This document shows positions 1 through 8,653 of a DNA stretch of 42,305 bases, piece by piece. Under the pieces are notes generated by a model. The model did no database searches and had not been told where the DNA came from. It saw only the letters and a program-made list of their open reading frames with translations. The stretch is from Limisphaerales bacterium (GTDB lineage: Bacteria; Verrucomicrobiota; Verrucomicrobiia; Limisphaerales; SIBE01), in contig JBGAIN010000072.1 in the NCBI GenBank assembly GCA_044225505.1, positions 1 through 42,305 on the forward strand. The letters run 5' to 3'. The first letter of the stretch is position 1; each line of letters starts with the position of its first letter. Made by a program: the position numbers and the translations under genes.

Positions 1-4
1 GGAG

Positions 5-96
5 ATAACACGGAGTATACACGGATATAACACGGGTTTAACTCGGACTGGATCCGAGTTAAAGCCCTGTCAATTCCATGTTGTTTCCCTGTTTAA
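5..96. repeat. Phased 11-nt repeat array: four direct units then four inverted degenerate units (may extend beyond the window edge)
   Basis: ATAACACGGAG/TATACACGGAT/ATAACACGGGT/TTAACTCGGAC at 5-48, then TCCGAGTTAAA/GCCCTGTCAAT/TCCATGTTGTT/TCCCTGTTTAA at 53-96. Positions 37-47 and 53-63 are a perfect inverted pair. Confidence 0.75.
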
Positions 97-171
97 TACG
101 AATCAACCGCGACTTTTCCTGATGAAGGCATGGATCGCACGGGCTGTCTCTTGATTCCCAGCGCCGCGAGC

Positions 172-1734
172 TCAACGCTCAGGAATTAACTTCTTGTCGG
201 GAAAGGGCCCGTCGACACCGTCCGGCGGTAATTGCTTCGCGAACTGATCGGTGTCGCCCAGTTGGCTTTTGAGTCGGTAGAGTTCGGTTTTGAGGGTCGC
301 CACGAGGGCTTGCTGGGCTGGTTCGCGATACAGGTTACGCAGTTCTTGCGCATCGTTCCGGAGATCGAAAAGCTCCCACTGATCTTTGGCCCAGTAATAA
401 ATCAGCTTATGAGTTTCGGTGCGCACGCCATAGTGAGCCCGCGTGTTGTGATGCCCTGGATCATGGTAGTACCGATAGTAAAAGCTCGTGCGCCAATCGG
501 CGGGGCGCTCTCCCTTGAACAGCGGCAGCAAGCTCCGCCCTTGCATGTCGTCCGGCACGGGCAAGCCCGCGGTTGCCAGGAACGTGGGTGCGAAATCAGG
601 ATTGATCGCCAGAGCGTCCTGGACTGATCCAGGGCGGATGACGCCTGGCCAGCGCACGAGGAAAGGCATCTTGATCGAAGGCTCATACATGAATCGTTTG
701 TCGTAGAGTCCGTGATCGCCCAGGAAGAAGCCTTGATCGCTGGTATAAATCACGAGCGTATTGTCGCGCAGACCGTGCGCGTCGAGCCAATCGAGCAATC
801 GTCCCACGTTGTCATCGACCGATTGGATGCACGCGAGATAATCCTGCATGTAACGTTGATACTTCCACCGATTGAGAGCCTCGCCCGTGAGGAGTTGGTG
901 CACTCCGTCCTTCACAACGTCCACTTCCAGCGGTTTGGTATCCAGCCAGCGCTGGCGCTCGGCTGCCTGCAACGTGGAGGGCGGTTCCAGCTTGAGATCG
1001 CGGCGGGTAAGATCGTCAAACACGCGCTGCTTGTTTTCACGGAGCGCATCCGACCGCGTGCCATAATCATCCCGGAGCGTTGCGGGTTCAGGAATCGCCT
1101 TTCCCGCGAACATGGCCCGGTGTTTCGGGTCGGGTTCCCAAGGGCGGTGCGGCGCTTTGTGATGGCACATAAGGAAGAAGGGTTTGTCTTGAGGCCGCCG
1201 CTGGAGAAAGTCGATGGCAAGGTCGGTAATGATGTCGGTGGCGTAGCCGCGAATCACCTTTCGCCCTTCGGGAACGAGGACTTCAGGGTCGAAGTAAGCT
1301 CCCTGGCCCGGGAGAACGACCCACTCGTTGAACCCGGTCGGATCGCTCCCGAGATGTCACTTGCCGATCATGCCGGTATGGTAGCCGGCCGCCTGGAGGT
1401 ATTTTGCGACAGTGGGTTGTGATCCGTCAAAGCGGTTGAAAACGGGCACGCCGTTCTGGTGGGAGTATTTACCAGTGAGGATGGTTGCCCGACTGGGCGT
1501 GCAGATGGAGTTGACGGCGAAACAGCGGTCAAAACGCATTCCCTGCTCTGCCAAACGGTCCAAACGCGGGGTCCGGTTGACCTGGCTGCCATAGGCGCTG
1601 ATGGCGTGGGCCGCGTGATCATCCGTCATGATAAAGAGGATGTTTGGGGGGGTAGGCGGAGCAGCAGCCACAAAAGACTCCTGCAGAACGGCCATGCTGC
1701 AGGCCAAGAAAAAGCTGTGGATCAGGAAGCGCAT
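172..1734 (-). CDS. Exported sulfatase (formylglycine-dependent), interrupted by one in-frame TGA at 1357-1359
   Basis: ORFs 1357..1734 and 172..1257 are in the same frame. Signal peptide, [22 protein letters not shown] (CxPxR), GK*HLG where GKWHLG is conserved, HHKAPH, YTSDQG. Confidence 0.9.
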
Positions 1735-2018
1735 GGTGCTGCGCGAAAGCTTAGCGATGCGCCTCGAAAATAGCTACACAATCGCGACAGGAGTTATGGG
1801 CGCCGCCCGAGGCGAGGCGCGAAGGAGGCGCAAGGGCGGTGGATGGCGCGCGCTGCGATTGGGCAAGGCGCCGTCCGAGAAGCCACAATTAGTTGAACAA
1901 GGAATGGAGCTTATTAGGCAAAAACGGTTTGGCGGCCTTCCCGCAACGGTGGCACGCTAGACGAGATAGCTATGGAACAACTAGCGTTAAGGGACCGCCA
2001 GACTGGCAAAGGAAGAAC

Positions 2019-2657
2019 GTGAAGATTTTCATCGTCGACGATCATCCGCTGTTCCGGGATGGGTTACGCCAAGCATTTGCGCAGCGGCCGGAGTTTCAAT
2101 TAGTTGGAGAAGCCTCCACGGCGGCGACGGCGTTGCCACTGATCCTCGAAGCCCTGCCGGACGTGGTGCTGGCAGATGTCCATTTGCCCGATTCGACGGG
2201 GATTGAACTGGTGGGAAAGTTGCTGACGGCACGGCCCAGCTTACGAATTCTCATGCTCTCGGGAGATTCGGATCCTGCGTTGATCGAGTCCGCACTGGAC
2301 GCCGGAGCGTGTGGGTATGTTCTCAAGGACACAATTGTTCCGGTGCTTATTCATGCGGTTGAGATGGTCATGGCGGGAAAACTCTTCATCAGCCCGGAAG
2401 CGAGCGCGGAGATGCTGGAGTATCTTCGCAAGACACCGGTGAAGAGCGAAAAGGTGGAAGCCGACGTCTCCGAGCGCGAACGGGACGTGCTGCGCCTGAT
2501 TGCGGACGGCCAGCGGAACAAAGAGATCGCCGCGCACTTGGGGCTAAGCACCAAATCTATTGAGACTTACCGCTCGCGTCTGATGCGGAAGCTGGGTTGT
2601 TCCAGTCCAGCCGAGTTGGTGCGCTATGCGATTCGTACCGGGATTGTGGCCCCATAG
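2019..2657 (+). CDS. NarL/FixJ-family DNA-binding response regulator (REC + LuxR HTH)
   Basis: VKIFIVDDHPLFRDGL, LADVHLPD, C-terminal ERERDVLRLIADGQRNKEIAAHLGLSTKSIETYRSRLMRKL. GTG start at 2019 follows AAGGAAG. Confidence 0.93.
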   Translation: MKIFIVDDHPLFRDGLRQAFAQRPEFQLVGEASTAATALPLILEALPDVVLADVHLPDSTGIELVGKLLTARPSLRILMLSGDSDPALIESALDAGACGYVLKDTIVPVLIHAVEMVMAGKLFISPEASAEMLEYLRKTPVKSEKVEADVSERERDVLRLIADGQRNKEIAAHLGLSTKSIETYRSRLMRKLGCSSPAELVRYAIRTGIVAP

Positions 2658-2728
2658 TAGCCGCCACAATCAAGGTTTCCCGCGCCGAGATCAGATTTCC
2701 CGCCTGCAGAACGTCCGTTTTTGCCACG

Positions 2729-2755
2729 TTAAGCACTTCTGGGTCATGCCGATAG
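2729..2755 (+). promoter_or_regulatory. Sigma-28 (FliA/WhiG)-type promoter
   Basis: TTAA(2729-2732)-N15-GCCGATAG(2748-2755), close to the TAAA-N15-GCCGATAA consensus, 39 nt before the ATG at 2795. The same pattern occurs twice more in the island. Confidence 0.7.
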
Positions 2756-2794
2756 ATCCAATGACGTGGCGACACAGCCGCGTCTGATGCCGCC

Positions 2795-3529
2795 ATGAAT
2801 TCACCCTATCAACCTGGGCTAGGACAGTCCGAGGCTGATTTGAACGTCGACACGGGACAAGATCGACGAATCCTCGTCGGCGACCAGGATCGGGTCTCTC
2901 GGAGCCTCCTAATTAGTTGGGTAACCGCCTGGGGCTATGAGGTGGAGAGCGCGTCGGATGGCCCGAAAGCGCTTTCCAGGCTGATCGATCCCGCTGGCCC
3001 GTCGCTCGCCCTCGTCGACGCGCTGATGTTCGGGTCTGAGGGACCGGCTCTCTGCCGGCATCTACGAAGCAAGTCCTGCAGCGTAGCCCCGTACCTGATC
3101 CTGATGACGTCCAAGCATGAACCCGAAGAGATTGAGCGCGCGCTTGAAGCAGGAGCAGACGATTTCATTGGTAAACCGTGCTATGCTCGCGAATTGCGGG
3201 CACGGCTGCGCATGGGACACCGGATCTTGTCCCTACAGGTTCAGATTAGACAGCAGAATCGTCTGCAAGGTGTTCTGCAACAAGCTGGCACAGCGTGCCA
3301 CGACCTGAACCAACCGTTGCAAGCGGTGCTCTGTGCGACCGACCTGCTCCTGATGGACGAACAAGTCAGCAACCGCGAGGCATTGACCGACATTCGGTCT
3401 GGGGCGCGGGTTTTAGGGCAGATTACCCGAAAAATCATGGGAGTTGTGCACGCAACGCGCAGCATGTCTGGGACAGCACCGAAGCGGACTCAAAGCCAAA
3501 CGCCCCTGGTCGTGGCGCACCCCGATTAA
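2795..3529 (+). CDS. Receiver domain fused to a HisKA/DHp phosphoacceptor helix pair, with no ATPase domain
   Basis: REC (ILVGDQD, LVDALM, LMTS, AGADDFIGKP) then an H-box AGTACHDLNQPLQAV. The ORF ends without N/G1/F/G2 boxes. Confidence 0.8.
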   Translation: MNSPYQPGLGQSEADLNVDTGQDRRILVGDQDRVSRSLLISWVTAWGYEVESASDGPKALSRLIDPAGPSLALVDALMFGSEGPALCRHLRSKSCSVAPYLILMTSKHEPEEIERALEAGADDFIGKPCYARELRARLRMGHRILSLQVQIRQQNRLQGVLQQAGTACHDLNQPLQAVLCATDLLLMDEQVSNREALTDIRSGARVLGQITRKIMGVVHATRSMSGTAPKRTQSQTPLVVAHPD

Positions 3530-3556
3530 TTCCAATTTCCGAAACCCGAGAAATCC

Positions 3557-3943
3557 ATGCAAGAAGGCAAAATTCTAGTCGTCGACGACGAGGAACCGAT
3601 CCGCACCCAGTTCACACGGGGTCTTGCCCAAGCAGGTTATTCCGTGCGCGCGGTCGAAAGCGGGGAACAAGCGTTGCAAGCGATGCGCGAAGAGCCAGCG
3701 CAGGTCGTTTTCCTGGATCTGAATTTGCCTGGCGCCAACGGGTTGGAGGTCTGCCGCGCCATTCGAAAGACGTGGCCTTGGGCAGTCGTGATCGCCGTCA
3801 CGGGGTATGCTTCCATGTTCGAGTTGGTCGATTGCCGAGAAGCAGGATTCGAAGATTACTTTCTGAAACCAGTGAGCCTGAGTGACCTCCTGGAAGCGGC
3901 GGAAACCGCATTCAAGAAGATCCGACGCTGGCGAGAACGGTAA
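3557..3943 (+). CDS. Single-domain response regulator (CheY-like receiver)
   Basis: ILVVDDE, FLDLNLPGANG, AVTGY, FLKP; 128 aa. Confidence 0.92.
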   Translation: MQEGKILVVDDEEPIRTQFTRGLAQAGYSVRAVESGEQALQAMREEPAQVVFLDLNLPGANGLEVCRAIRKTWPWAVVIAVTGYASMFELVDCREAGFEDYFLKPVSLSDLLEAAETAFKKIRRWRER

Positions 3944-4159
3944 CCGAGATCAGTTCCAGCGCAGCAAGACCTGGCGAGACCCGGATTGCGGACGAGCAGC
4001 GAGTGGCGCAACGAATGTGCGCTAGCGTCCCTGGCCAGCTTTTGCAGGAGACCTTCACGCCCTGATCGCTTGTTCGTCCAGAGCTCTGCTAGTGGCCCGA
4101 CTTTATCAGGCATCCGCCGAGGGATCCCTTCCGGAGCGTCTATTCATCCGGAGGCCCCG

Positions 4160-4639
4160 CTAACTGTTGAGACACTCCCGAACCGTGCGAGCCAGGGTAT
4201 CGAAATCGTAAGGCTTCGACAAAAAGTGCAACCAAGGGTTGGAGTTCAGTTCAGGAGATAGGCCATCGAAGAACCCGCTGCTGACCACCACTTTGACGGT
4301 CGGCTTGAACCGCTTGAGTTGACTCGCCAAACGGAATCCACTGGACCTGTTCCGCAAGAAAACGTCCGTCAGCAACAAACTGACCTTGGCTCCATGACGG
4401 TGCCAAATATCGAGGGCCTCAGTCTCGCTAGCCGCCTCCAGCACGTCATAACCGATCTGGCGCAAGCTCCTCGCTGTCACCCGACGCAACCTGTCCTCAT
4501 CATCGACCAGCAAGAGTGTTGCGAGCAGCCCTCTCGAAACGCCAGGCGAATCTGGCAAATCACGGGGGGACTCTGAACCACTCCAGGCGGGCGCCGCGCC
4601 CGAAGTGGCTTGAGGGAGAAGTGCGAACGATTCGATCAT
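4160..4639 (-). CDS. Stand-alone receiver domain protein (similar to hybrid-kinase REC), downstream of the MCP
   Basis: LLLVDDEDRLRRV, LLLTDVFL, VVVSSGF, FLSKPY. Start codon uncertain. Confidence 0.82.
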   Translation of the reverse strand: MIESFALLPQATSGAAPAWSGSESPRDLPDSPGVSRGLLATLLLVDDEDRLRRVTARSLRQIGYDVLEAASETEALDIWHRHGAKVSLLLTDVFLRNRSSGFRLASQLKRFKPTVKVVVSSGFFDGLSPELNSNPWLHFLSKPYDFDTLARTVRECLNS

Positions 4640-4686
4640 ACACTTTCAAGAGGACACGCGAATCGCGCGCTGGCGCCCTAGGTGTT

Positions 4687-6705
4687 CTAGAAGTTTTCGA
4701 ACGTGGGTTCGGCTCCGTTGGAGTCTCCATGGCCGGCCATTACGATCGCGGTCGACTCTTTGGTGCCCTGGGCTTGAGCCGACAATCTCGCGCCCTTCCG
4801 AGCGGTTGGCAAGGTAAGGCTCGGTTTCACGGATGCTTGTCGGGACACCTTGCCCGAGCGAGCGCGCGAACTCTCGATCGCTGGCGCCTTGGCCGTCGCC
4901 TTATCGCCACTCACGAGGCGCAACAAGTCGCCAACGGACTCCTTGAGTGCTTCGGCTTGCGCGTTCAGTTCCTCGGCCGCACTGGCACTTTCTTCGGCAT
5001 TGGCGGCATTCGATTGAGTGACTTTGTCCATCTGCGTCACAGCGGTATTGATTTGGGTGATGCCTTGGGATTGTTCTTTCGACGCGTGGCAGACCTCGGC
5101 GGCCAGGTCGTCCACTTGACGGGCTTTGGTCACGATCTCTTCGAGGCTCTTGCTCACTTTGTCACTGATCTGCACGCCTTGTGAGGTCTTGAGCACCGCA
5201 TTTTCGATCTGCGCGGAAGTTTCCTTGGCGGACTGTGCGGCACGTTGGGCCAGATTTCTGACTTCGTCCGCCACCACGGCAAACCCCATGCCCGCTTCCC
5301 CAGCTCGGGCCGCCTCGACCGCGGCGTTCAGAGCCAGGATATTTGTCTGAAACGCAATTTCATCGATCGTTTTGATGATCTTGGCAATATCGTCGCCGCT
5401 CGCCTTGATTTCTTTCATCGCCTCGTTCATGGCTTGCATATCGGTCACGCCGTTATCAGCGGCAGCGCGCGCCTGGCGGGCAAGGGCGTTTACTTTGTCG
5501 GCGCTCTCCGTATTGCGTTTCGTCACGCTAGACATCTCCTCCAACGACGAGCTGGTTTCCTCGAGAGAGGCGGCCTGTTCACTGGAACCCTGGGCGAGCG
5601 ATTGACTCGCGGCTGAAACTTGCCCAGCCGCCGCAGCCACTTGATCCGAGCCGTCGGCGAGAGCATTCGCCACGCGACTCAATGTGCGGTTGGTGCCACG
5701 GATGATGAACACTGCCAGGATGACGCCGACAGCGAGGGCGATTCCAAGGGCCAAAAGAGTCTTCCACGATGACGCCGCGAGCTCTTTGCTCGCTTCATTG
5801 GCCGCTTCGATCGTGCGTTGGATGCCATACTCCTGCACTTCAGTGGCGAGTTGCTGCAAGCGACCCGCCGCAGCCAACCGTTGGCCAGCGATCTCCGCGA
5901 GGTTCGCCGTGTCTTCGACGAGGCCCTTGACGACGTCCCGGTATTTGCTGGCAGCGACCTGAACCTCCTTTAATTCGGTAATGTCGTCTTGGCTATGCAA
6001 AAGCTTGAAGAGTTGCTCGAAGTTCTGATCCATCGTGTCGAAGTTCTTCAAGCCATCTCGCATGAGGTTGGGTTCCCGCAACGCTTGCGATTTGAAGACG
6101 GCAATGCGCGCGCTGTTGCCTTCCGTTCGAATGGCGCGCGCCAAGCTGAGTTTAGAACGCCGCTCCTGCAACTTGGGCGCCTCCGTGAACGTATCGATCT
6201 CCTTTTGGAGTTTGCCATCCTGAGATCCGATAAGTCTGTCGATATTCGAAATGAAATCAGCCGCGGCCTTGTTCAACTCGTCGCGGGCGGTGAGGACCTC
6301 TTTGTTTTTGGCCTCCGTCTTGTTGATCAGGTCCTCATACTGCTGCAGCGCGGGCGCCAAGTCCTTGACGGACTGGTGCAACTTGACCAACTCCGGGTAT
6401 TTGTCGGACAGGGTCTGCGCCTCTTGCAGGTGCCGGTGCACCTCCAAAAGGCTCTTGCGCGCCATCTCCAATTCTTTGGCTTCCGTGGTGAGCCCGTAGG
6501 TACGAATCGCCAATTGGACTTGCCACACATTGTCGCTGAGCTGCCCGGAGATTTCGGTTTCCGGAGCATATTGCTTGGCTAGTCTGTCGGATGTGCGCTG
6601 CACAGCCTTCATGGTGACTACCGCCAAGCCACCCGTCAGGGCCATGATCGCTAGGATCGCAGCAAAACCGAGGGTGATCTTCCTTCCGAGGGTCATTGTT
6701 TTCAT
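4687..6705 (-). CDS. Methyl-accepting chemotaxis protein with large helical periplasmic sensor, no HAMP, and C-terminal CheR-tether-like pentapeptide
   Basis: TM1 near aa 10-30, about 280 aa helical periplasmic region, TM2, signalling hairpin [41 protein letters not shown]. Ends TFENF (xFxxF, NWETF-like). Confidence 0.95.
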   Translation of the reverse strand: MKTMTLGRKITLGFAAILAIMALTGGLAVVTMKAVQRTSDRLAKQYAPETEISGQLSDNVWQVQLAIRTYGLTTEAKELEMARKSLLEVHRHLQEAQTLSDKYPELVKLHQSVKDLAPALQQYEDLINKTEAKNKEVLTARDELNKAAADFISNIDRLIGSQDGKLQKEIDTFTEAPKLQERRSKLSLARAIRTEGNSARIAVFKSQALREPNLMRDGLKNFDTMDQNFEQLFKLLHSQDDITELKEVQVAASKYRDVVKGLVEDTANLAEIAGQRLAAAGRLQQLATEVQEYGIQRTIEAANEASKELAASSWKTLLALGIALAVGVILAVFIIRGTNRTLSRVANALADGSDQVAAAAGQVSAASQSLAQGSSEQAASLEETSSSLEEMSSVTKRNTESADKVNALARQARAAADNGVTDMQAMNEAMKEIKASGDDIAKIIKTIDEIAFQTNILALNAAVEAARAGEAGMGFAVVADEVRNLAQRAAQSAKETSAQIENAVLKTSQGVQISDKVSKSLEEIVTKARQVDDLAAEVCHASKEQSQGITQINTAVTQMDKVTQSNAANAEESASAAEELNAQAEALKESVGDLLRLVSGDKATAKAPAIESSRARSGKVSRQASVKPSLTLPTARKGARLSAQAQGTKESTAIVMAGHGDSNGAEPTFENF

Positions 6706-6738
6706 AGGGTGCGATTAACTTTCCTTAAAACTGCGATT

Positions 6739-7461
6739 TCACTTGAGCAGATCGATCTTTCCCGTGGCCAAGTCGTAACGGGCCGCCACAATCTTGATCC
6801 GTCCTTCCAGAGCTGCCGGCTTTAATACGGGCTCGACATGTTCGAGTGTCCGGGCCACTGCCTGGGCATGCGCACGGACCACATTGTCTATCCGGTCGCC
6901 AGCTTGTCCCTGGGTGGCTGCTACAGCCGGGCTGATCGCCTCCAAGACGCTGTGCACGTGGCCACCTGCTTCGCCGCCAGCGACCGCAGCGGAAACGGCG
7001 CCGCAACTCGCATGGCCCACCACGACGACCAACCTTACGTGCAGGTGTTCGATCGCGTATTCCATGCTCCCGAGGATGTGGTCATCCAAGATGTTGCCGG
7101 CGTTCCGGAGGACAAACAGATCGCCCAACCCTTGATCGAAGTAGAGCTCTGGAACGACTCGCGAATCCGCGCAGGTGAGAATGATGGCGACCGGGTTCTG
7201 CCCACGGGTGAGGCCCAGCCGATAATCGGCCGTCTGATGTGGCCGCGCGAGTTGCCCGGTCACGAAGCGCTCATTTCCCTCCAGCAACGCCTGCAAGATC
7301 TGGTCGGGCGTCTTTGGAGCGGTGGCAGGCGAAGCCACCGCTCCATGCGAGACAACCACAGCATCTTCGGCATTGAGGCGCACGGCTGCCCAATTGACAG
7401 CCGCACAGAACGCCAACGTCAGAATGAGTTTGGCTTTGGAAGTTCGTTGATGACGTATCAT
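6739..7461 (-). CDS. Beta-class carbonic anhydrase with N-terminal signal peptide
   Basis: LLEGNERF, Zn-binding motifs CADSRV and HASCGAV, RNAGN, SMEYA; hydrophobic N-terminus LILTLAFCAAVNWAA. Confidence 0.93.
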   Translation of the reverse strand: MIRHQRTSKAKLILTLAFCAAVNWAAVRLNAEDAVVVSHGAVASPATAPKTPDQILQALLEGNERFVTGQLARPHQTADYRLGLTRGQNPVAIILTCADSRVVPELYFDQGLGDLFVLRNAGNILDDHILGSMEYAIEHLHVRLVVVVGHASCGAVSAAVAGGEAGGHVHSVLEAISPAVAATQGQAGDRIDNVVRAHAQAVARTLEHVEPVLKPAALEGRIKIVAARYDLATGKIDLLK

Positions 7462-7824
7462 AAAGTTGCTGGGACGTAGGGTTAAAAGTCTTTAAAATCG
7501 TTCTCTTTCGGACACGCCTCGCGCCAAGCTGGGCATTGCCATCGTCGCGACGTGAACCGGTTGAAATCGTTGCCGGATGGAATGACCGTTCGCCTCGCCT
7601 GATTCGAACGTGTTCTCCAGCAGAGGGCTCACCCTGAGCTCCGAGGGTGCGTTGACGGTGTGTCGCTTGCCAACAGTCCAATTTGTCATCGCTGCAAAAG
7701 TTGCGCGGTGGCCATCGTCCCTGGCCTATCCGCGGTTCGGCCCGGTCTCATTCACCGTTGTCCGGCGGCGCTCGTGTTAAACCACCCGCGACGCCTGGGC
7801 GACAGATCGATGAGCCCATGCTTG

Positions 7825-7851
7825 GTATCGGAGCAAAGGACCTCCGCTTAA
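7825..7851 (-). promoter_or_regulatory. Sigma-28-type promoter for the carbonic anhydrase-MCP-REC operon
   Basis: Minus strand reads TTAA(7851-7848)-N15-TCCGATAC(7832-7825). Confidence 0.6.
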
Positions 7852-7853
7852 TG

Positions 7854-8030
7854 CGGGAAAAACACGGGCCATAAATGTCGGGAAAGTCCCTGGCGGACGA
7901 CCTCTCGATTCGGGAAAACCCTCACTGGGGATTGCTCAGGCGTGGCCCTGTCTTCGGGGGAAGCGGGCAAGCTTAAACCTGGGGGATCAAGTTTTCCCCA
8001 GACTGGCCGCCCGGGAGAGAGGGTTTCTGC
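7854..8030. promoter_or_regulatory. Cluster of TTTCCCG-like motifs in the divergent promoter region (candidate transcription-factor sites)
   Basis: CGGGAAA at 7854, 7879 and 7911; TTTTCCCC at 7992; GGGTTTCTGC at 8021. The same TTTCCCG occurs at 2676 and 2696. Confidence 0.45.
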
Positions 8031-8057
8031 TCGGCGGTAAATCGTAGTTTATGGTCG

Positions 8058-8084
8058 TTAATTTTGCTCTCGAGCCGCCGATAT
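8058..8084 (+). promoter_or_regulatory. Sigma-28-type promoter for the che operon
   Basis: TTAA(8058-8061)-N15-GCCGATAT(8077-8084), 10 nt before the cheW ATG, so the transcript would be nearly leaderless. Confidence 0.72.
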
Positions 8085-8094
8085 TCTTTTCGCT

Positions 8095-8634
8095 ATGAGT
8101 AACCGCACTGGCGCAGCTGACGCCGCCACCCTCACCGCGATGGCCGGCAAATACCTGACGTTCAATCTCGGCGCCGAGTCTTACGGCGTTCCGGTTCTCA
8201 AAGTCCGGGAGATTATACGCTTAACCGAGGTCACTCCTGTGCCCCAAGTGCCTGAGCACGTTCGCGGCGTCATCAATCTGCGCGGGAAAATCATCCCGGT
8301 CATCGATCTCAAGATCAAGCTGGGGTTAGCCGAGTGCGTGGAGTCGGACCGCAGCTGTATCGTCGTCGTTCAGGTGCGCGGTATGGGTGGAGGAAATATC
8401 CATTTAGGTTTGCTGGTCGGCGGCGTCCAGGAAGTCGTCCAGATTAGCGGAGCGGATATTGACGAGACACCTGAGTTCGGCAGCCAGGTAAGTTCGCTCT
8501 ACATTCTTGGAATCGCGAAGCTCAAGAGCGGAGTTGCGCTGCTCCTGGATATCGATCGCGCCCTCTCGGGTGATTCTGCGCAGTTTGCTGCCGGAACACC
8601 CGCTGACGCTCTCCTTGGGCCGGCCAAGCGGTAA
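8095..8634 (+). CDS. cheW: Chemotaxis coupling protein CheW
   Basis: KYLTFNLGAESYGVPVLKVREII, TPVPQVPEHVRGVINLRGKIIPVIDL. Confidence 0.95.
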   Translation: MSNRTGAADAATLTAMAGKYLTFNLGAESYGVPVLKVREIIRLTEVTPVPQVPEHVRGVINLRGKIIPVIDLKIKLGLAECVESDRSCIVVVQVRGMGGGNIHLGLLVGGVQEVVQISGADIDETPEFGSQVSSLYILGIAKLKSGVALLLDIDRALSGDSAQFAAGTPADALLGPAKR

Positions 8635-8653
8635 ATCCCGTTGCATAAGAGTC

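Noticed and set aside
1357..1359. Genome-wide UGA=Trp recoding or selenocysteine
   Set aside because: TGG is used throughout, and many genes (CA, cheA, cheR, cheD, pyrF) end at TGA at their expected lengths. The position is a Trp, not a Cys.
1985..2013. Fourth sigma-28 promoter before the NarL gene (CGTTAA-N15-GCAAAGGA)
   Set aside because: The -35 matches, but the -10 lacks the CCGATA core.
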